Virus record (IMG/VR): IMGVR_UViG_2721755643_000004
DNA from: a virus
Lineage: Duplodnaviria > Heunggongvirae > Uroviricota > Caudoviricetes
Length of the DNA stretch: 45,530 bases
Direction: 5' to 3' (one strand)
The position numbers and the translations under genes were made by a program. The notes under the pieces were generated by a model. It saw nothing but the letters and a program-made list of their open reading frames with translations, ran no database searches and was not told the DNA's origin. This document shows positions 38,709 through 45,530 of the stretch, piece after piece (positions within the stretch are counted from its first letter, which is position 1; each line of letters opens with the position of its first letter).

Positions 38709-39247
38709 AAACGGGGGCTGAAGCCATCCGGGCACTGGCCACACAGCTCCCGGCGTTTCGTCAGAAACTGAGTGACGGCTGGTATCAGGTGCGCATTGCC
38801 GGGCGTGATGCAGGTGAAACCGAATTGTCTGCCCGTCTTAATGAGCCGCTGGCAAATGGTGCAGTGATCCACATAGTACCGCGTCTGGTGGGAGCTAAAA
38901 GTGGCGGTGTGTTTCAGGCGGTGCTGGGGGCGGCTGTTATGGCGGTTGCTATATGGATGCCGGGGGTAGGAATTATGGCGAGTAATCTGCTGTTTTCTCT
39001 CGGTGCCAGTATGACGCTTGGCGGTGTTGCACAGATGCTGGCACCGAAAGCCAGAACTCCCCGTACACAGACAACGGATAACGGTAAGCAGAACACGTAT
39101 TTCTCGTCACTGGATAACATGGTTGCCCAGGGCAATGTTCTGCCCGTTCTGTACGGTGAAATGCGCGTGGGGTCACGTGTGGTTTCTCAGGAGATCAGCA
39201 CGGCAGACGAAGGGGATGGTGGTCAGGTTGTGGTGATTGGTCGCTGA
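38606..39247 (+). CDS. I: tail assembly protein gpI (213 aa)
   Basis: Lambda I-like; intact ORF overlapping K 3' end. Confidence 0.75.
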   Translation: MAATHTLPLASPGMARICLYGDLQRFGRRIDLRVKTGAEAIRALATQLPAFRQKLSDGWYQVRIAGRDAGETELSARLNEPLANGAVIHIVPRLVGAKSGGVFQAVLGAAVMAVAIWMPGVGIMASNLLFSLGASMTLGGVAQMLAPKARTPRTQTTDNGKQNTYFSSLDNMVAQGNVLPVLYGEMRVGSRVVSQEISTADEGDGGQVVVIGR

Positions 39248-39307
39248 TGCAAAATGTTTTATGTGAAACCGCCTGCGGGCGGTTTTGTCGTTTATGGAGC
39301 GTGAGGA

Positions 39308-42300
39308 ATGGGTAAAGGCAGCAGTAAGGGGCATACCCCGCGCGAAGCGAAGGACAACCTGAAATCCACGCAGTTGCTGAGTGTGATTGATGCCATCAGC
39401 GAAGGGCCGGTTGACGGTCCGGTGGATGGATTAAAAAGCGTGCTGCTGAACGGTACGCCGGTCCTGGACAGCGAGGGGAAGACAAACTTTTCCGGTGTTA
39501 CGGTGGTGTTCCGCGCCGGCGAGCAGGAGCAGACACCGCCGGAGGGGTTTGAATCTTCCGGCTCAGAGACGGTGCTGGGTACGGAAGTGAAATATGACAC
39601 GCCGATCACCCGGACCATCACGTCGGCAAACATCGACCGTCTGCGCCTGACCTTCGGTGTGCAGGCACTGGTGGAAACCACCTCAAAGGGTGACCGGAAT
39701 CCGTCGGAAGTCCGCCTGCTGGTTCAGATACAGCGTAACGGTGGCTGGGTGACGGAAAAAGACATCACCATTAAGGGCAAAACCACTTCGCAGTATCTGG
39801 CCTCGGTGGTGGTGGGTAACCTGCCGCCGCGCCCGTTTAATATCCGGATGCGCAGGATGACACCGGACAGCACCACAGACCAGCTGCAGAACAAAACGCT
39901 CTGGTCGTCGTACACCGAAATCATCGATGTGAAACAGTGCTACCCGAACACGGCGCTGGTCGGCGTGCAGGTGGATTCAGAGCAGTTCGGTAACCAGCAG
40001 GTGAGTCGCAATTATCATCTTCGCGGGCGCATTCTGCAGGTGCCGTCGAACTATAACCCGCAGACGCGGCAATACAGCGGTATCTGGGACGGAACGCTTA
40101 AGCCAGCATACAGCAACAACATGGCCTGGTGTCTGTGGGACATGCTCACTCATCCGCGCTACGGCATGGGGAAACGTCTTGGTGCGGCAGATGTGGACAA
40201 ATGGGCGCTGTATGTCATCGGCCAGTACTGCGACCAGTCAGTGCCGGACGGATTTGGCGGCACGGAGCCGCGCATCACCTGTAACGCTTACCTGACCACA
40301 CAGCGTAAGGCGTGGGATGTTCTCAGTGATTTCTGCTCGGCGATGCGCTGTATGCCGGTATGGAACGGGCAGACGCTGACGTTCGTGCAGGACCGACCGT
40401 CGGATAAAGTGTGGACCTATAACCGCAGTAATGTGGTGATGCCGGATGATGGCGCGCCGTTCCGCTACAGCTTCAGCGCCCTGAAGGACCGCCATAATGT
40501 CGTTGAGGTGAACTGGATTGATCCGGACAACGGTCATGAGACGGCGACAGAGCTTGTGGAGGACACGCAGGCCATTCTCCGTTACGGTCGTAACGTCACG
40601 AAGATGGATGCCTTTGGCTGTACCAGCCGGGGGCAGGCACACCGCGCCGGGCTGTGGCTGATTAAAACGGAACTGCTGGAGACGCAGACCGTGGACTTCA
40701 GCGTGGGTGCTGAAGGGCTTCGCCATGTACCGGGCGATGTCATTGAAATCTGCGATGATGACTATGCCGGTATCAGCACCGGCGGGCGCGTGCTGGCGGT
40801 GAACAGCCAGACCCGGACGCTGACGCTCGACCGTGAAATCACGCTGCCATCCTCCGGTACCACGCTGATAAGCCTGGTTGACGGAAGTGGCAATCCGGTC
40901 AGCGTGGAGGTTCAGTCCGTCACCGACGGCGTGAAGGTGAAAGTGAGCCGGGTTCCTGACGGCGTTGCAGAATACAGCGTGTGGGGGCTGAAGCTGCCGA
41001 CGCTGCGCCAGCGCCTGTTCCGCTGCGTGAGTATCCGTGAGAACGACGACGGCACGTATGCCATCACCGCCGTGCAGCATGTGCCGGAAAAAGAGGCCAT
41101 CGTGGATAACGGGGCACACTTTGACGGTGACCGGCGCGGCACGGTGAATGGTGTCACGCCGCCAGCGGTGCAGCATCTGACCGCCGAAGTCACCGCAGAC
41201 AGCGGGGAATATCAGGTGCTGGCGCGATGGGACACGCCGAAGGTGGTGAAGGGAGTGAGCTTCCTGCTTCGCCTGACCGTGGCAGCGGACGACGGCAGTG
41301 AGCGGCTGGTCAGCACAGCCCGGACGACGGAAACCACATACCGCTTCAGGCAGCTGGCGCTGGGGAATTACAGTCTGACAGTCCGGGTGGTAAATGCCCG
41401 GGGGCAGCAGGGCGATCCGGCGTCGGTATCGTTCCGGATTGCGGCACCGGCAGCGCCTGTCACTATTGAACTGATACCGGGGTATTTTCAGATAACGGCG
41501 GTCCCGAAACTGGCTGTATATGACCCGACGGTGCAGTTTGAGTTCTGGTTTTCGGAAAAGCGGATTGCGGATATCAGGCAGGTTGAAACCAGCGCCCGCT
41601 ATCTTGGCACGGCGCTGTACTGGATAGCCGCCAGTATCAATATCAGGCCGGGCCATGATTATTATTTTTACGTTCGCAGTGTGAACACCGTTGGCAAATC
41701 GGCATTTGTGGAGGCCGTCGGTCGGGCGAGCGATGATGCGGAAGGTTATCTGAGTTTTTATAAAGGGTTGATCAATAAAACGCATCTCGGCAAGGAGTTG
41801 TGGACGCAGATTGATAACGGTCAGCTTGCGCCGGACCTGACTGAAATCAGGACGTCCATTACGAATGTCAGCAATGAAATCACGCAAACCGTCAATAAAA
41901 AACTGGAAAATCAGAGTGCTGCAATCCAGCAGATACAGAAAGTTCAGGTTGATACAAATAATAACCTGAACAGCATGTGGGCTGTGAAGCTGCAACAGAT
42001 GAAGGACGGACGCCTTTATATTGCGGGTATCGGTGCCGGTATTGAGAATACGCCAGCAGGAATGCAGAGTCAGGTGCTGCTGGCGGCAGACAGGATTGCG
42101 ATGATTAATCCTGCGAATGGCAACACAAAGCCGATGTTTGTTGGTCAGGGCGATCAGATATTCATGAACGACGTGTTCCTGAAACGCCTGACGGCTCCGA
42201 CCATTACCAGCGGCGGTAATCCTCCGGCATTTTCCCTGACACCTGGCGGACGGCTGACGGCGAAAAATGCCGATATCAGCGGTAACGTGAACGCGAACTC

Positions 42301-42805
42301 AGGAACGCTCAACAATGTCACGATTAACCAGAACTGTACGATTAAGGGCATACTGGAGGCGACCCAGGTCAGAGGGGATTTCGTTAAAGCTGTATCAAAA
42401 GCCTTCCCGAAAAAAGTCGGTACGTGGGGTAACACGGAAACACCAAACGGTACGGTTACAGTCACCATCAGCGATGATCATAACTTTGACCGCCAGATTA
42501 TTATTCCGCCCATTATTTTTAACGGTATAGCGTATGACGCTCCGGGGAGCGGAAATAACCTAGGAGGCACGCGATACACGGGTTATGGTTTTGAAGTTCG
42601 CAAAAACGGCGTATTAATCGCATCCAGAGAAACTAAAGGGGCCATTCCCGGTAGTTACAGTGCAGTTATTGATATGCCTAGTGGTGGTGGTAGCGTCACT
42701 CTGGAGTTTAAGATTTTCCAGAAAGGCAATCAGGGGGCAGGCAATATCACCGACTGTACGGTGATTGTGACCAAAAAAGCGGCTTCCGGCATCAGTATTC
42801 GTTGA
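39308..42805 (+). CDS. J: central tail fibre / host specificity protein gpJ (1165 aa)
   Basis: Intact 3.5-kb ORF, lambda J-like. Confidence 0.9.
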   Translation: MGKGSSKGHTPREAKDNLKSTQLLSVIDAISEGPVDGPVDGLKSVLLNGTPVLDSEGKTNFSGVTVVFRAGEQEQTPPEGFESSGSETVLGTEVKYDTPITRTITSANIDRLRLTFGVQALVETTSKGDRNPSEVRLLVQIQRNGGWVTEKDITIKGKTTSQYLASVVVGNLPPRPFNIRMRRMTPDSTTDQLQNKTLWSSYTEIIDVKQCYPNTALVGVQVDSEQFGNQQVSRNYHLRGRILQVPSNYNPQTRQYSGIWDGTLKPAYSNNMAWCLWDMLTHPRYGMGKRLGAADVDKWALYVIGQYCDQSVPDGFGGTEPRITCNAYLTTQRKAWDVLSDFCSAMRCMPVWNGQTLTFVQDRPSDKVWTYNRSNVVMPDDGAPFRYSFSALKDRHNVVEVNWIDPDNGHETATELVEDTQAILRYGRNVTKMDAFGCTSRGQAHRAGLWLIKTELLETQTVDFSVGAEGLRHVPGDVIEICDDDYAGISTGGRVLAVNSQTRTLTLDREITLPSSGTTLISLVDGSGNPVSVEVQSVTDGVKVKVSRVPDGVAEYSVWGLKLPTLRQRLFRCVSIRENDDGTYAITAVQHVPEKEAIVDNGAHFDGDRRGTVNGVTPPAVQHLTAEVTADSGEYQVLARWDTPKVVKGVSFLLRLTVAADDGSERLVSTARTTETTYRFRQLALGNYSLTVRVVNARGQQGDPASVSFRIAAPAAPVTIELIPGYFQITAVPKLAVYDPTVQFEFWFSEKRIADIRQVETSARYLGTALYWIAASINIRPGHDYYFYVRSVNTVGKSAFVEAVGRASDDAEGYLSFYKGLINKTHLGKELWTQIDNGQLAPDLTEIRTSITNVSNEITQTVNKKLENQSAAIQQIQKVQVDTNNNLNSMWAVKLQQMKDGRLYIAGIGAGIENTPAGMQSQVLLAADRIAMINPANGNTKPMFVGQGDQIFMNDVFLKRLTAPTITSGGNPPAFSLTPGGRLTAKNADISGNVNANSGTLNNVTINQNCTIKGILEATQVRGDFVKAVSKAFPKKVGTWGNTETPNGTVTVTISDDHNFDRQIIIPPIIFNGIAYDAPGSGNNLGGTRYTGYGFEVRKNGVLIASRETKGAIPGSYSAVIDMPSGGGSVTLEFKIFQKGNQGAGNITDCTVIVTKKAASGISIR

Positions 42806-42825
42806 AATTGTTATAACCCATATAA

Positions 42826-42851
42826 GGGCACCAGAAATGGTGCCTTTTTTA
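42826..42851 (+). terminator. rho-independent terminator after J
   Basis: GGCACC-AGAAAT-GGTGCC followed by TTTTTT. Confidence 0.75.
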
Positions 42852-42874
42852 TTGCAGAAAAGCGAGAGGTAATT

Positions 42875-43474
42875 ATGCGTAAACTTTATGCCGCCATTTT
42901 GTCCGCAGCCATTTGTCTGGCCGTATCCGGTGCGCCTGCATGGGCATCTGAACATCAGTCCACGCTGAGCGCGGGGTATCTTCATGCCTCGACGAACGTT
43001 CCCGGCAGCGATGATCTTAACGGGATTAACGTGAAATACCGTTATGAGTTTACGGACACACTGGGGCTGGTGACGTCATTCAGCTATGCAGGAGACAAGA
43101 ATCGCCAGCTTACCCGTTACAGCGATACCCGCTGGCATGAGGATTCCGTGTGTAACCGCTGGTTCAGCGTGATGGCGGGGCCGTCTGTGCGCGTGAATGA
43201 ATGGTTCAGCGCGTATGCGATGGCGGGCGTGGCTTACAGCCGTGTGTCGACCTTCTCCGGGGATTATCTCCGCGTAACTGACAACAAGGGGAAAACGCAC
43301 GATGTGCTGACCGGGAGTGATGACGGTCGCCACAGCAACACGTCTCTGGCGTGGGGAGCTGGCGTGCAGTTTAACCCGACCGAATCCGTGGCCGTTGACG
43401 TCGCTTATGAAGGCTCCGGCAGCGGTGACTGGCGTACCAACAGTTTCATCGTGGGTGTCGGTTATAAATTCTGA
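42875..43474 (+). CDS. lom: Lom/Ail-family outer membrane beta-barrel protein (199 aa)
   Basis: Signal peptide; C-terminal GYKF; moron position after J. Confidence 0.85.
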   Translation: MRKLYAAILSAAICLAVSGAPAWASEHQSTLSAGYLHASTNVPGSDDLNGINVKYRYEFTDTLGLVTSFSYAGDKNRQLTRYSDTRWHEDSVCNRWFSVMAGPSVRVNEWFSAYAMAGVAYSRVSTFSGDYLRVTDNKGKTHDVLTGSDDGRHSNTSLAWGAGVQFNPTESVAVDVAYEGSGSGDWRTNSFIVGVGYKF

Positions 43475-43499
43475 TTAGCCAGGTAACACAGTGTTATGA

Positions 43500-43527
43500 C
43501 AGCCCGCCGTTTCAGGCGGGCTTTTTG
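43500..43527 (+). terminator. rho-independent terminator after lom
   Basis: AGCCCGCC-GTTTCAG-GCGGGCT followed by TTTTT. Confidence 0.75.
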
Positions 43528-43537
43528 TGGGGTGAAT

Positions 43538-44953
43538 ATGGCAGTAAAGATTTCAGGTGTACTGAAAGATGGGGCGGGTAAACCTGTCGTAAATTGTGCG
43601 ATTGAACTGCGGGCCAGAAGAACCAGTCCGACCGTTGTGGCACACGTTGTTGCCACTTGCGTGACGGACAATAACGGTGCTTATGTGATTGAGGCTGAGC
43701 CGGGGTATTACGAGGTTGCGCTTCACTGTAACGGCTGGCAGCCAACCCGTGTCGGGGATATTGATGTGGCACCGACTGATGCACCGGGGACACTGAACGC
43801 GTTTCTGAATGCACCAAAGGATGGTGATTTACGTCCGGAGGTGATGAAGCGCTTTGAGGAAATGGTGGCGCAGGCGCAGCAGAGTGCCGGGGCTGCAGCC
43901 GGAAACGCACAGCAGACGGCGCAGGATGTGGCGGCAGCCGCAACGGCCCGTGATGATGCACAACGTTTTGCGGAGAATGCCAGACAGGATGCAGTTGCCA
44001 CTGCAGAGGACAGAAAGGCCACTGCGGAAGACGTGAAAAGCACGGGGAAAAACGCCGTCTTATCCGGTCAGCGTGCACAGGCAGCCGCAGGTTATGCCCG
44101 CGCAGCAGAACAGGCCAAAAATGACATTGATGCTGCGCTGACCGGCACTCTGAAAACGGCTAACCATCTGTCTGAAATCGCAGCAGCAGGCGAAAAGGCA
44201 CAACAGAAGTCCCGGGATAGTCTGGGGCTGAAAAGTGCAGCCACGATGGAAGCACAGAGCGACATTTACGACCGGACAAAAGGCCGTCTGGCGATACCCG
44301 GCGCATTCGGCTTTGGGCGTGCTTTTCTGTCTGAAGATGTTATCCGTTTTGACACTAAGAGTGATTTCCTGGCCTGGGTAAGGAATGCGCTGCCAGGTGA
44401 ATATTCCGTTGCTGGCCCCTACGACATCATCATACCCGACACACGGTTTGAAGGGGTGCTCAGCATCCGGTGGACTGATGCACACCCTGAGACAACAGAA
44501 CCGCGGTGCAGAGCCAAATCCCTTACTTTTTACGGCATTAACGGCCCCATTTATCACACCCGCTACTGCTACTGGCCCATATCCAGACTGACTGACTGGG
44601 TGAAAATAAATATAACCACAGAAGATATTATTTACAGAATCGTGGCGAGCTCTGTCCGCAACAGATGGGGAGACCCTGACATTGGCGGGCTGATTATTGC
44701 TGCGTACCAGGGAGAAGCTGACGGTGATAAAGTCATCAGACTTGTCAGGGGGCAGTCATACAGAGGCTCACGACTGGGACCGGTGGGGATTTCAGTGCCC
44801 AGTACTCCCACCGGAACGTATATAGCATCCCCACAATTTTTCATTACGGGATGTTCAGAGCATTCATTACCGGGGTCATATTGCGCCCTGTCCGGGGTGC
44901 CGGATGCACATGTCTCTGGCGCAATGCCCGGGCTTTTTATTCGCACATCGTGA
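43538..44953 (+). CDS. stf: side tail fibre protein (471 aa)
   Basis: Start MAVKISGVLKDG with GGGGTG RBS; Ala/Gln-rich shaft; distinct C-terminal domain. Confidence 0.7.
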   Translation: MAVKISGVLKDGAGKPVVNCAIELRARRTSPTVVAHVVATCVTDNNGAYVIEAEPGYYEVALHCNGWQPTRVGDIDVAPTDAPGTLNAFLNAPKDGDLRPEVMKRFEEMVAQAQQSAGAAAGNAQQTAQDVAAAATARDDAQRFAENARQDAVATAEDRKATAEDVKSTGKNAVLSGQRAQAAAGYARAAEQAKNDIDAALTGTLKTANHLSEIAAAGEKAQQKSRDSLGLKSAATMEAQSDIYDRTKGRLAIPGAFGFGRAFLSEDVIRFDTKSDFLAWVRNALPGEYSVAGPYDIIIPDTRFEGVLSIRWTDAHPETTEPRCRAKSLTFYGINGPIYHTRYCYWPISRLTDWVKINITTEDIIYRIVASSVRNRWGDPDIGGLIIAAYQGEADGDKVIRLVRGQSYRGSRLGPVGISVPSTPTGTYIASPQFFITGCSEHSLPGSYCALSGVPDAHVSGAMPGLFIRTS

Positions 44954-44963
44954 GGAATGCACC

Positions 44964-45530
44964 GTGGAAATTAAAAAAATCATTAATCCCCGTTATACCG
45001 AAAGTGGCGCAGTAGACTGTGACGTTTTTTTTGACGACAGGGACCAGGCAGTCCCCTACACAGCCACCGCTGATGATGTCGCACCGACGGGTCAGCGAAT
45101 CTGGCAGGAACTGCAAAGCGGCAAATGGGGTGAGATAGCCCCATTCACTGTGACACCAGAAATGCTGGAAGCGGCCAGAGAGGCCAGACGTCAGGGAATT
45201 GAAGCATGGCGCACAGAACAGGAGGCGAAGCCGTTCACGTTTGAATGGAACGGTCGTATCTGGAATGCTGGCCCCGACTCACTGGGCCGCCTGTCCCCGG
45301 TAGTCATGCTGGCAAAATCTGTCACAGCACAAACACATATGGCGTGGAGCGATGCCGATAATCAGCAGGTGAAACTGTCGATGCCGGAACTGGAAGAACT
45401 GGCGGCAGCAATGGTGCAGGCGCAGGTCGATCGCAATGACGAGATTTATCAACGTCAGCGGGAGATGAAGGAAGAACTGAATAACCTGGAGGATTTGGGT
45501 TCAATCCGAGCGTTTGGTATTGGCCAATAA
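44964..45530 (+). CDS. tfa: tail fibre assembly chaperone Tfa-like (188 aa, GTG start)
   Basis: Follows stf; GAGGAA RBS; stop at last codon of window. Confidence 0.6.
   Translation: MEIKKIINPRYTESGAVDCDVFFDDRDQAVPYTATADDVAPTGQRIWQELQSGKWGEIAPFTVTPEMLEAAREARRQGIEAWRTEQEAKPFTFEWNGRIWNAGPDSLGRLSPVVMLAKSVTAQTHMAWSDADNQQVKLSMPELEELAAAMVQAQVDRNDEIYQRQREMKEELNNLEDLGSIRAFGIGQ

Overview
The window is one nearly complete lambda-like (lambdoid) prophage of an E. coli/Shigella-type host, oriented int (left, minus strand) to tfa (right). Order: int-xis; a leftward early/accessory operon (two antirepressor paralogs, an SPFH lipoprotein module, several small unknown genes) interrupted by an IS600-like IS3-family element; cI/cro immunity region; a second accessory patch (small antisense gene, Rha antirepressor, toxin-antitoxin-like pair, a gene with a duplicated structured 5' module); replication genes (initiator, DnaC-like loader, DnaB-like helicase); a QuuD-like Q gene; a moron island (two small genes in AT-rich DNA, wHTH gene, orphan DPPY DNA methyltransferase, four tRNAs); phage-21-type lysis cassette (S, inserted unknown gene, R, Rz/Rz1); cos; and a lambda-type head/tail module (Nu1 to J, lom, stf, tfa). 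No CRISPR array, reverse transcriptase or stx genes were seen. Most notable: (1) a duplicated leader element with compensatory base changes preserving a stem; (2) a translationally coupled small-membrane-protein/SPFH-lipoprotein module with IS600 inserted at its start codon; (3) about 20 same-direction single-base frame breaks at homopolymers confined to genes B and G-K, which may be sequencing indels; (4) unknown genes in the Q-S and S-R hotspots. Product calls rest on reading the translations and on recalled family features; no database search was run, and lambda comparisons are from memory.
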